In this document: positions 48,400-57,553 of the stretch, piece by piece | Layout of the letters: every line of letters starts with the position of its first letter | Numbering within the stretch: the stretch's first letter is position 1 | Notes under the pieces: model-generated | What the model was told of the DNA's origin: nothing | The model's database searches: none | The model's input: the letters and a program-made list of their open reading frames with translations, nothing else | IMG/VR virus record: IMGVR_UViG_3300014205_000173 | Source of the DNA: a virus | Lineage: Duplodnaviria; Caudoviricetes | Direction: 5' to 3' (one strand) | Length of the DNA stretch: 64,000 nucleotides | Program-made: the position numbers and the translations under genes

Positions 48400-49407
48400 G
48401 TGAATAAAAATTATTGTAAGGAAAAGAAAGGGAAGATTAAAATTTGTGGATATAGAAATGGAAGAGGATATTGTGGGTGGTATGAAAATAAAGATGGAAA
48501 AAGAATGTTTTTAAGATCTAAAAAAGAATATATTTATGCTTTGTTTTTAGATAAAAACGGGAAGCATTTTTTAACCGAAAAATCTATATTTGTTATAAAT
48601 GATATAAAATACAAGCCAGATTTTTTTATATATAATAACGATTATACTAAATTGATAGAAATAATAGAAATTAAGGAAAACAAAAAAGAAGCAGAAAGAT
48701 ATTTAAAATTTAAAGAGCATTTTAAGTCTATAGGAATTGTTTATAATGTTGAATTTAGAACGGATATAATTAAAAGAAAATATGTCACAAAAGACGAATT
48801 GAAATATTGGGAAGATCAATATTTAAAAAATTATTCAGAATATAGTATGTCTGGGGAAAACAATCCAATGTTTGGAATGAAACATAGTGACGAAACTAAA
48901 AAGAAAATAGGCATACAAACTAAAAAGTATATGCAAAATGAGGATATAAAAAAAAGACATAGTAATTCTATAAAGAATTTTTGGAATTCTGAAAAATCAA
49001 ATAAATATAAATTAAAATATAAGATATTGAGAAACGAAGAAAAAAGAAAAAGAGATGAATTAAATCCAATTATTGAAAAAAAATGTTCTTTTTGTGGTAA
49101 AATATTTTTAGATAAGAAAAATAATTTAAAAACAAACTGTTCTTCCAGTTGCTCTATAAAAAATGCTTGGAAGACTGGAAAACTAATAAAAAAAATAGAT
49201 GGCAAAAAGGGATATCCAATCAAAATAATAATGTATTCGAAAATGATTGAAGAATATTTTGATGAAAATAATTGGAATTATATAGTAAAAAAATATAAAG
49301 AAATTGGTAAAATTCCAAAACACTTTGGAATGAATCTTAATATTATTGAAAAATATTTTAACAACTTAAATGAATTAAGGAAGAAAGTAAATGGGAAAGC
49401 TAATTAG
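48400..49407 (+). CDS. Free-standing putative homing endonuclease (PD-(D/E)xK domain + NUMOD3 + Zn finger)
   Basis: RSKKE...YKPDF...IIEIK; GENNPMFGMKHSDETKKKI; CSFC...CSSSC; lies between the halves of split intein 1. Confidence 0.75.
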   Translation: MNKNYCKEKKGKIKICGYRNGRGYCGWYENKDGKRMFLRSKKEYIYALFLDKNGKHFLTEKSIFVINDIKYKPDFFIYNNDYTKLIEIIEIKENKKEAERYLKFKEHFKSIGIVYNVEFRTDIIKRKYVTKDELKYWEDQYLKNYSEYSMSGENNPMFGMKHSDETKKKIGIQTKKYMQNEDIKKRHSNSIKNFWNSEKSNKYKLKYKILRNEEKRKRDELNPIIEKKCSFCGKIFLDKKNNLKTNCSSSCSIKNAWKTGKLIKKIDGKKGYPIKIIMYSKMIEEYFDENNWNYIVKKYKEIGKIPKHFGMNLNIIEKYFNNLNELRKKVNGKAN

Positions 49408-50338
49408 CATTAAAATAAAAGAAGAAATAAAACCACTTTATGATATAGAAGTTGATTCTAACCATAATTTTGTAGTAAATGATGGAATTTTAATAAAAAA
49501 CTCTGAGCAATATCTTTCCAGAGAGAGTTTGTGCGTTTTAGCATCATTAAATGCAGCAAAATGTTCAACCATTGAAGAAGAGTATGAAGAAGAGTTAGAG
49601 GTTCTTGGAGAGTCTATAAATAGATTTTTAGATAATGTTAATGAGTGTGAATATCGCTACGAAACATATGCTACACCTCATCAGAAAATAGCAATAGAAA
49701 AACTAAGAAGAACTGGTGCTGGATATACTAATTTAGCTGGATGGCTTTTTTTAAAGAATTTAGAATACGGATCTCCTGAAGGAAATTTAGCATTAGAAAA
49801 ATTTACAGAAAGATATAATTACTTTCTTTATAAAAATTCTATAAAATTAGGTAAGGAAAAGGGATCTTTTGGATTATTCAAAAGAGAAAAATTTGAACAA
49901 AGTCCTTTTGTAAAAAGAATGATGAGTTTGGGTCTTGAATTTGAGGCAATGAGAAATTGCACATGTTCTAGTGTGGCACCTACAGGTTGTTGCACTAAAG
50001 AGACAAAAATAATAACAAAAAATAAAACCATGAGTTTTTTGGAAATCTTTGAAGAGAATGAAATCGACATCGAAAAACTTGAAAATGGCAATGAAGAGAA
50101 AAAATGGTTTGAACCAAAAAAAGAAATTTATGCAAAAAATATTAACGGAGAATATGATAAAATAACAAAACTTTATTATAATGGGTACGATGTTGTGAAA
50201 AATATAAAATTTGAAGACAATTCCATAATATCGGCAACTCCAATTCATAAAGTTTTAGTAAAAATAAATGAAGAAGAGGCTATTTGGAAAGAAATAGACT
50301 TATTGGAAATTGGCGATGAAGTTTTATTTTTAGAATAA
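49391..50338 (+). CDS. nrdJ: Split intein 1 C-half + RNR fragment 2 (162 aa) + split intein 2 N-half
   Basis: MGKLISIK...YDIEVDSNHNFVVNDGILIKN|SEQYL...LCVLASLN...RRTGAG...RNCTCSSVAPTG|CCTKETKI...ATPIHKVLV...LEIGDEV. Confidence 0.92.
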   Translation: MGKLISIKIKEEIKPLYDIEVDSNHNFVVNDGILIKNSEQYLSRESLCVLASLNAAKCSTIEEEYEEELEVLGESINRFLDNVNECEYRYETYATPHQKIAIEKLRRTGAGYTNLAGWLFLKNLEYGSPEGNLALEKFTERYNYFLYKNSIKLGKEKGSFGLFKREKFEQSPFVKRMMSLGLEFEAMRNCTCSSVAPTGCCTKETKIITKNKTMSFLEIFEENEIDIEKLENGNEEKKWFEPKKEIYAKNINGEYDKITKLYYNGYDVVKNIKFEDNSIISATPIHKVLVKINEEEAIWKEIDLLEIGDEVLFLE

Positions 50339-50347
50339 AAGGGATTT

Positions 50348-50395
50348 TACAATAGCTCCAAGAATAGTAAATAAATTATTGTTGGAGCTATTGTA
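50348..50395 (+). promoter_or_regulatory. RBS/start-sequestering hairpin upstream of homing endonuclease 2
   Basis: Perfect 14-bp inverted repeat TACAATAGCTCCAA (50348-50361) / TTGGAGCTATTGTA (50382-50395) covering GGAG and the A of ATG. Confidence 0.75.
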
Positions 50396-51672
50396 TGAAA
50401 GGCAAAATTTTATGCACTTATTGTAAAAAGAAAATATTTAATGAGTTTGTTCATTTGAAGAAAAAGCATGGAGAAAAAGAAATAGAGCAATATCTTAAAA
50501 AAATTAATTTTAAAATAATGTATTGTTTAAAAACTGGAAAAATAATAATTCCAGAATGGAGTAGAAAAGAAAATGCAATAGTTAATAAAAAATTGAAAAA
50601 ATTATTTGGAACAAAGGTTGAGTTTTACCAAGTTTTGTGCAATGAAGAATGTAAAAAGTATAAAAATAGAAAAGACCTCATAACCAATAAATACAATATT
50701 GATGAAAGTATATATAATGATTTAATGGAAAAATATAATAAAAATAAAGGAACCACATTAGAAAAGCTTATAAAAAAACATGGAGAAGAAAAGGGTAATG
50801 AAATTTATTTGAATATAAAAAAATCAAAGTACACAACTAATTGGTGGATAGAAAAATACGGAGAAGAAAAAGGTTTAGAAAAACAAAAACAATGGAAAGA
50901 CAAAACTAATGGATCTTTGAAAAGATATATAGAAAAATTTGGAGAACTTGAAGGTAAACAAAAATATAATGAATTTAAAGAAAAATGTTCAATATATAAT
51001 AAAAAACATAGGGTTGGAAAATTTGGAGAAACTGAATATGAAAGTTCTTTAAAAAAATATAAAAGTAGGAAAAAAGTATTGTCATTAAATTATTTTCTTG
51101 AAAAAAACAATTATGATTATGAAAAATCTTTAGAAGAATTCAAAAAAAGACAAAGAACCAGTGATTTGAAAACACTGCAAAACAAATACGGAGAAGTCGC
51201 TGGAGAAGAAAAATATAAAGAAATAAATAAAAAGAAAACATTTGGATTTGAAGGTAAGAGTCTTTTAGAAACAAATTTCTTAAATGAAATATATGAAAAA
51301 ATAAAAAACAAATTTGAATTTATATATTTTAAAGAAAACAAATATGTATTTTATGCAACAAAAGAATTTAGAATAAAAAATAGATTCGGCATTTACCCAG
51401 ACATGTATATTAAAGATATAAATTTATGTATAGAAATTTTTGGAAATTTTTGGCACATGAATCCATTGAAATATTCTGAAAACGACATAAATCCGGTGAT
51501 TGGAAAAACTGCAAAAGAAATATGGCAAAATGATTCGGAAAGAATAAAATTATTAAAAAATTATTACAATAAAAATGTTATTATAATTTGGGAAAACGAA
51601 ATAAGTGAAAATAGAAAAAAAATTTTAATTGAACTAGAGGGAAAAATAAATGAATATAGTAAAACTACCTAA
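50395..51672 (+). CDS. Free-standing Vsr-like (EDxHD-type) homing endonuclease with KYGEExG repeats
   Basis: Repeats KHGEEKG, KYGEEKG, KFGELEG, KYGEVAG; C-terminal SLLE...YPDMY...IEIFGNFWH...NDSER...IIIWE; lies between the halves of split intein 2. Confidence 0.8.
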   Translation: MKGKILCTYCKKKIFNEFVHLKKKHGEKEIEQYLKKINFKIMYCLKTGKIIIPEWSRKENAIVNKKLKKLFGTKVEFYQVLCNEECKKYKNRKDLITNKYNIDESIYNDLMEKYNKNKGTTLEKLIKKHGEEKGNEIYLNIKKSKYTTNWWIEKYGEEKGLEKQKQWKDKTNGSLKRYIEKFGELEGKQKYNEFKEKCSIYNKKHRVGKFGETEYESSLKKYKSRKKVLSLNYFLEKNNYDYEKSLEEFKKRQRTSDLKTLQNKYGEVAGEEKYKEINKKKTFGFEGKSLLETNFLNEIYEKIKNKFEFIYFKENKYVFYATKEFRIKNRFGIYPDMYIKDINLCIEIFGNFWHMNPLKYSENDINPVIGKTAKEIWQNDSERIKLLKNYYNKNVIIIWENEISENRKKILIELEGKINEYSKTT

Positions 51673-52909
51673 AAACTACAAAATTAAAAAAATCAAGGAA
51701 ATAAAATTTGATTATTCGACCCCAACTTATGATGTTGAGGTTGAAAATTCTCATCATTATATATTAGATAACAATTTAATTTGTCACAATACTTTAAGTT
51801 TGATGTTTAGGGACGGTGTTTTTTCTTACGGAATAGAACCTTCCTTTGGGTTATATTTTTGGAAAAGAACTAGAATTAGTGGTAGTTATGAATATTATTT
51901 TTGTGTACCTAAACTTGTTAGAGATTATTTTGAAAAATGTGGATATAGAATTCCAATGGAATCTGATTCTATAAAAGATACATGGAATGGAGAAATTGGT
52001 AATCCAATTAAGAATTTTATAGAAATACATAAGGAAAAATTAAATATAAAGTTTAAAAATTCCACAGAAATAAATCCACTCGACAAACTAGACTTAATGT
52101 CTAGAGTAATGAAATGGATAGATTCTTCAATATCGGTAACGTACATGTTGCCTGAAAAATCGAACTGGGAAGATGTTTATAATTTTATTTTAGAAGCATA
52201 TAAAAGAGAAGTAAAAAGTATTGCGGCATTTCCGGATAGACAAATGTATGGAATTGTGTCATATATTCCTTTTAAAGATTTAGCATTTAAATTAAAAAAT
52301 GAAAATATGGAAATTGATCAACAGAATTTTTCAGAAGAAGAAAAGATAATTCTTTACGGCGAAACAAGATCAAAGGATTCTATTAAAAAAACTCATGCTC
52401 CAAAAAGGCCAAATACTTTACCTTGTGAAATTCATCATTGTACAAAGGAGGGTCACAGGTATTATGTTGTTGTTGGAATGTTAAATAAAGATCCGTATGA
52501 AGTCTTTCTAAATAGCAATCATGATTCAGAGGGAGAGATTATAGTACCAAAAAACGTTAAAGAGGGTCTTATAAGAAAAGATGGTCGTGGAAAATATACA
52601 CTTGTCTCTGCGGATAAAAAGGAATATAAGTTAACAAATGGAAATTCTGATGAAAATATGGAAGCTGTCACAAGGTTAGTTTCTACGTCACTAAGACATG
52701 GAACCGACATTTCATTTATTCTTCATCAATTGGAAAAGTCAAAGGGAAGCTTTAAAAGTCTGATAAAGGTTCTGTCTCAAGTTTTAAAGAAATACATAAA
52801 GGATGGAACTATAGTTAGTGGAGAAAAGTGCCCTAATTGTGGAAATGAAAAACTAAACAGGAATGAAGGGTGTATTAGCTGTCTTGAATGCGGATATTCT
52901 AAGTGTTAG
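51650..52909 (+). CDS. nrdJ: Split intein 2 C-half + RNR fragment 3 (372 aa, with TSCPD-like domain and Zn ribbon)
   Basis: KIKKIKEI...TYDVEVENSHHYILDNNLICHN|TLSL...SYGIEP...WIDSSISVT...APKRP...RLVSTSLRHG...CPNC...EGCISCLECGYSKC. Confidence 0.92.
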   Translation: MNIVKLPKNYKIKKIKEIKFDYSTPTYDVEVENSHHYILDNNLICHNTLSLMFRDGVFSYGIEPSFGLYFWKRTRISGSYEYYFCVPKLVRDYFEKCGYRIPMESDSIKDTWNGEIGNPIKNFIEIHKEKLNIKFKNSTEINPLDKLDLMSRVMKWIDSSISVTYMLPEKSNWEDVYNFILEAYKREVKSIAAFPDRQMYGIVSYIPFKDLAFKLKNENMEIDQQNFSEEEKIILYGETRSKDSIKKTHAPKRPNTLPCEIHHCTKEGHRYYVVVGMLNKDPYEVFLNSNHDSEGEIIVPKNVKEGLIRKDGRGKYTLVSADKKEYKLTNGNSDENMEAVTRLVSTSLRHGTDISFILHQLEKSKGSFKSLIKVLSQVLKKYIKDGTIVSGEKCPNCGNEKLNRNEGCISCLECGYSKC

Positions 52910-52918
52910 AAGAAGATC

Positions 52919-53470
52919 TTGATGAATAATTTTGAGAAAATTTATGTCTTTGGAATAAAGACTTGTAAATTTTGTAAAGACCAAATGGATATGTTGGGAA
53001 ATGTATTTTCATCTGAAAATATCCAGTATATAGATTTGCTTGAAGATGATGGTGCTTTAGAAATTGCAAAAGATTTAAATATAGAATATACTCCATCTAC
53101 TGTTGTTGTTTGCGGAGATAAGGTTATCCTACACAAGACAGGACTTTCATCTGCTGATGAAATATTTTATTCTATAGAAAAATCTATTCCAGTTGATTAC
53201 GAATTTATTTCAAAACTTAAAGAAAATAAAACAGGATCTATTTTACTTTCCTTTAATCCCAAAACAAATAGCTTAGTAAACCTTAAAACTTATGATGGAA
53301 AGGTTTCTATAATGGCAAAAATTGTATCTGTAAAAAAAATAAGTTCTTCTGAGATTGGGTCTTTTAGTAAAAAAGCATTAAAAAAATACTTTTTACAATG
53401 TGGCAAGAAATCTGAAATTTTTCAGATAAGTCTTGAGAGAGGAACTAATGGATTTGCCAAAAACATTTAA
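52919..53470 (+). CDS. Thioredoxin/glutaredoxin-like protein with C-terminal extension
   Basis: CKFC, cis-Pro motif YTPST; directly follows nrdJ. Confidence 0.75.
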   Translation: MMNNFEKIYVFGIKTCKFCKDQMDMLGNVFSSENIQYIDLLEDDGALEIAKDLNIEYTPSTVVVCGDKVILHKTGLSSADEIFYSIEKSIPVDYEFISKLKENKTGSILLSFNPKTNSLVNLKTYDGKVSIMAKIVSVKKISSSEIGSFSKKALKKYFLQCGKKSEIFQISLERGTNGFAKNI

Positions 53471-55805
53471 AGAAAGATTAACTCCAAGAGTTAGAAATAT
53501 TGTTTGTTATAAATCTTTTGAAAATGCAGAGACAGAACAAAGAGTTGTAGTTCTTCCTAAGGATATATTATTATCCATATTGGAAGACAATAAAACATTT
53601 GCATTTCAAGTGGTAAAGGTATTTAATTTAGATTTAAAACAACTTTTATTAGATATTAAAAGTGAGGTTTTGTCTTTTCAAGGAATTAAAGATAAAAAAA
53701 CACACCATGAATCAACTTTACAATTAATGAAAGTTGCAGAAAAAGTTTCTCGTGAAATGCAAAAAATTCAGGTAGGGTCTGAGCACATTATTTTGGCGTT
53801 TCTAAGATATGATGGAAAATCTAAACATATATTAAATTTTGGTCAAATTTTACAAAAATATGGAATAGCGTATAATAATTTTTTTGAAGGTGTAATATCT
53901 ATTGCAAATCATGTTGATGAAAATGTAAAAGAAAAACAAGAAGAAAAGCAAAAAGAAAATACAAAGTCTGGACACTCAAAATCTGAAGGATTTAAAACCT
54001 TTGAAGAAATGTCTAAATATTTATTTGATTCAGGTATACTTAAAAACTTAAACGATTCTGTTTTTAAGAAAAACGAAAAAATTGTTGGGAGAGAAAATCA
54101 AATAAAAAGATGTATTGGTATTCTTTGTAGAAAAAAGAAAAGTAACCCAATAATAATTGGGCAGCCCGGAACAGGCAAAACAACATTGGCTGATGGAATT
54201 GCTCAAGCAATAATAAACCATGAAATCCCAGATAAGCTTTTAAATGCCGTAGTTTATGAAATTTCTCTTAGTAATATTGTTTCTGGAACAAAGTATCGTG
54301 GACAATTTGAAGAGAAAATGGTAAATGTAATAAATTTTTTTACATCAGAAAAAAATCCTGAAGTTTTCAAAATAGCATTTATTGACGAAATTCATCATTT
54401 AATAAAGGCTGGTAGTGCAGAAGGTTCTGTTGATGCTAGTTTTATCTTAAAGCCAAAATTGGCAGACGGTTCTTTAAGGTGTATAGGGACAACGACTTTA
54501 GAGGACTATAGAAAGTTTATTCTTTCAGATAGTGCTTTGGCAAGAAGGTTTATGCCTGTTTTCCTTGAAGAACCAACAATTGAAGAAACTGTTCAAATTT
54601 TAAATACAGTAAAATGTGAGTATGAAAAGTTTCATGGAATATCTATTTCAGAACAAGCAATTAGTAGATGTGTAGAATTAGCTGATATATATATAAAAGA
54701 TAGATTTTTCCCAGATAAAGCGTTTGATATATTAGATGAATCTTGTGCTCAAACTATTATAAATTCAATTGGAATGGAAACATTAGTAGAACTAAAAAAC
54801 GAAACAATAGAAAATGTTGTATCAAATATGTCTAATGTTCCAATTTCTACAGTTTGTGGATCTGAAAGAGAAAGGCTGTCTGAACTTCAAAATAATTTAA
54901 TGGAAGAAGTTGTAGGTCAAAAACAAGCAATTATTACTGTATGTAATTCGATAAAAAGATCTAGGCTTGGATTTAAAGACAAAAACAAACCAATAGGTTC
55001 TTATTTATTTGTTGGTAAAACAGGTGTTGGAAAAACATTCCTTTCCAAGAAATTATCAGAACATCTTTTTGGTCCAAATAAATTAATTAGACTTGATATG
55101 AGTGAGTATATGGAACCTCATTCTGTTTCTAAAATAATTGGATCTCCTCCCGGTTATGTTGGATATGAAAGTGGTGGACAGTTAACTGAAATGGTTAGAA
55201 ACAAACCCTACTCAGTAATTCTTCTTGATGAAATAGAAAAAGCACATTTAGATGTTATAAACATTTTATTACAGGTATTGGATGATGGGCGACTTACAGA
55301 TTCGTTTGGAAGAGTTTCTGACTTTAGAAATACTATAATAATAATGACTAGCAATCTTTCTGCATCAAAAATAAATAAAATGAATGAAAATTCTCTTGGA
55401 TTTAATTCAAGTAAAAAAATAGATACCAATAATGATATAGAAAAATTCTTAAAAAAAGAAGCTGAAAAATATTTCTCTCCAGAATTTATAAACAGATTAG
55501 ACGAAATAGTTGTATTTAATAAGTTTGAAAGAGAAGATATATATAAAATATTTGAAATAGAATTAAATGAATCTATAAAAAGATTGGCCGAAAATAAATA
55601 CATCGTTGAAGTAACAGATGCAATGAAAAATCATGTGTACGAATTTGGATATGATGAAAAGTTTGGAGCAAGACCAATGAAAAGAGCAATTGCAAGTTTG
55701 GTTGAAATTCCACTAGCAAATGCATTTTTTAGCGGCCTAATTGACAGCAAGGGAACAATCGTAATTGATTTGGTAGACAGTGAAGTTGTGTTCACAAATA
55801 AATAA
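53448..55805 (+). CDS. clpC: ClpC/ClpA-type AAA+ unfoldase
   Basis: Clp-N repeats (GSEHIILA), GQPGTGKT, KYRGQFEE, FIDEIH, FFPDKAFD, GKTGVGKT, DMSEYME, GSPPGYVGY, LLDEIEKAH, LGF loop. Confidence 0.9.
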   Translation: MDLPKTFKERLTPRVRNIVCYKSFENAETEQRVVVLPKDILLSILEDNKTFAFQVVKVFNLDLKQLLLDIKSEVLSFQGIKDKKTHHESTLQLMKVAEKVSREMQKIQVGSEHIILAFLRYDGKSKHILNFGQILQKYGIAYNNFFEGVISIANHVDENVKEKQEEKQKENTKSGHSKSEGFKTFEEMSKYLFDSGILKNLNDSVFKKNEKIVGRENQIKRCIGILCRKKKSNPIIIGQPGTGKTTLADGIAQAIINHEIPDKLLNAVVYEISLSNIVSGTKYRGQFEEKMVNVINFFTSEKNPEVFKIAFIDEIHHLIKAGSAEGSVDASFILKPKLADGSLRCIGTTTLEDYRKFILSDSALARRFMPVFLEEPTIEETVQILNTVKCEYEKFHGISISEQAISRCVELADIYIKDRFFPDKAFDILDESCAQTIINSIGMETLVELKNETIENVVSNMSNVPISTVCGSERERLSELQNNLMEEVVGQKQAIITVCNSIKRSRLGFKDKNKPIGSYLFVGKTGVGKTFLSKKLSEHLFGPNKLIRLDMSEYMEPHSVSKIIGSPPGYVGYESGGQLTEMVRNKPYSVILLDEIEKAHLDVINILLQVLDDGRLTDSFGRVSDFRNTIIIMTSNLSASKINKMNENSLGFNSSKKIDTNNDIEKFLKKEAEKYFSPEFINRLDEIVVFNKFEREDIYKIFEIELNESIKRLAENKYIVEVTDAMKNHVYEFGYDEKFGARPMKRAIASLVEIPLANAFFSGLIDSKGTIVIDLVDSEVVFTNK

Positions 55806-55817
55806 AGAGGAATTCAT

Positions 55818-56300
55818 ATGGCGCCAAAATTTGAACCATGTAGCGAGATGAAAGATCTTATTAAAGAATTGAAATCAAAAAGATCTGATCTTTTTGACTT
55901 TGTAGACCCAGAAATGATAGGATGTGGATTGAGAATAGATAAGGCTCCTCCTGAAAATCAAAAGTGGGTATTAAAAATGGAGGGTATAAAGGGATCAAAA
56001 ACACTTATAAATCCTGTAATAAAATATATAGTTTGGGGTTACGAGTCTGTTTGGACAAACCTTTCTTCTGTAGAAAAACTTGCATATGTAGCAAATATGA
56101 TTTTAAGAATTCGTACACCAACAGATGAGGAAATTCTTAAACTAGCCGAAAAGGGTGATGAATGGGAGTGGGGAAAAATGAAGGCTCCAGATATTGTAGA
56201 TATGAAATCATGGCTAAAAGCCTTTGGTGTTGATTGGAATGATGTTGGTGATGAAGTTATTGATATCTTAGATAAAGAAAAAATCCCAACACTAGAATAA
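55818..56300 (+). CDS. Phage putative metallopeptidase-like protein (HExxH absent)
   Basis: WTNLSSVEKLAYVANMILRI...PDIVD matches family spacing but lacks the metal ligands. Confidence 0.4.
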   Translation: MAPKFEPCSEMKDLIKELKSKRSDLFDFVDPEMIGCGLRIDKAPPENQKWVLKMEGIKGSKTLINPVIKYIVWGYESVWTNLSSVEKLAYVANMILRIRTPTDEEILKLAEKGDEWEWGKMKAPDIVDMKSWLKAFGVDWNDVGDEVIDILDKEKIPTLE

Positions 56301-56317
56301 TTAATGGGGAAACTTTA

Positions 56318-56956
56318 ATGCTAGGAAAATTTATAACATTCGAAGGTCCCGAAGGTTCTGGAAAAAGCTCTGTAATAAAATCAATTAAAGATAAATGTAA
56401 AAATACTTTATTTACAAAAGAACCAGGAAGTAGTAATGACCCAGTATGTGAACAACTAAGGGAGTTTATACTAAACCCAATAAGGTCTATAGACAAAGAA
56501 GCTGAAATATTTCTATACATGGCAGATAGATGTCAGCATGTAAATAACGTAATTTTACCAGCCCTAAATGAAGGTAAAAATGTAATATCTGATAGGTATA
56601 TAGACTCAACATATGCCTATCAGGGCTGGGGAAGAAGATACGGAAAAGAAGAATCAATAGAATATATAAACTATCTAAATAAAATTTCTACTAAAAACTT
56701 AATTCCAGATCTAACTTTAATTTTAGATGTATCTCCAAAAATAGGATTTCAAAGATTGGTTACAAAAGAATTTGGCAAAAAAGATAGGATAGAACAAGAA
56801 GATCTTAAATTTTTTGAAAGAGTTTCTTTTGGATTTAAAAATCTAGTCAATACAAATAAAAATAGAAAAATCATACTTATTAATACTGACGACAAAAGCC
56901 TAGAATTAGTATCTGACATATCTTGGTTATACATAAAAGAATTGATTGGAGAATAA
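56318..56956 (+). CDS. tmk: Thymidylate kinase
   Basis: FITFEGPEGSGKS, KEPG, ADRCQH, SDRYIDSTYAYQG, PDLT. Confidence 0.93.
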   Translation: MLGKFITFEGPEGSGKSSVIKSIKDKCKNTLFTKEPGSSNDPVCEQLREFILNPIRSIDKEAEIFLYMADRCQHVNNVILPALNEGKNVISDRYIDSTYAYQGWGRRYGKEESIEYINYLNKISTKNLIPDLTLILDVSPKIGFQRLVTKEFGKKDRIEQEDLKFFERVSFGFKNLVNTNKNRKIILINTDDKSLELVSDISWLYIKELIGE

Positions 56957-56959
56957 ATA

Positions 56960-57553
56960 ATGCTCATTGGGATTGCTAGTGGTTGCCCGTTAGTTGGCAA
57001 AACCACTTGTTCTGACTATTTAGTAGACAAATATGATTTTATTAGTATTGAAATGTCACTTCCTGTTATGTTTTTAGCAAATCATCTTTTTGGATATGAT
57101 TTGGTTAAAAAACCAAAAGATAGTAAAAATAGAAAGATATTACAAACTGTTGGTTATTTGATGAAACAAATAGAACCAACATATTGGCTTTATCTTGCGT
57201 TAAATTTAGTCTCTAGATATAGAAAAAGAGATTATAATTATAACATTAACTCCTTATCACATGAAGCATTTACATATAGTAAAACATATTTTTGTTCTAA
57301 TTTTAATAACCATTTTAAAGAAAATAATATCGTAATTTGTGGAATTAGAAGCAAACAAGAAGTGGAAGAAATTCAAAAAATGAATGGCAAGGTTTTCTTT
57401 ATAAAAAGGAAAACAGACGAAGTAAACAATCATCCGGTGGAAACAGATTTAAATGATTTTAATGGATTTGATGAGATTATAGATAATAACTCAACAATAG
57501 ACGATTTCTATAAAAAAATAGATTTTATTATAAAAAAGGACAAAAATGAATAA
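56960..57553 (+). CDS. Deoxynucleoside monophosphate kinase (phage type)
   Basis: LIGIASG...GKTT, RKILQTVG, GIRSKQE, HPVE, IDNNST. Confidence 0.7.
   Translation: MLIGIASGCPLVGKTTCSDYLVDKYDFISIEMSLPVMFLANHLFGYDLVKKPKDSKNRKILQTVGYLMKQIEPTYWLYLALNLVSRYRKRDYNYNINSLSHEAFTYSKTYFCSNFNNHFKENNIVICGIRSKQEVEEIQKMNGKVFFIKRKTDEVNNHPVETDLNDFNGFDEIIDNNSTIDDFYKKIDFIIKKDKNE

Noticed and set aside
47010-52909. Group I introns, frameshifts or pseudogenisation as the cause of the nrdJ fragmentation
   Set aside because: Each break is flanked by complete intein N- and C-terminal motifs, the non-coding spacers are under 70 nt (too short for a ribozyme core), and splicing restores the catalytic motifs exactly.
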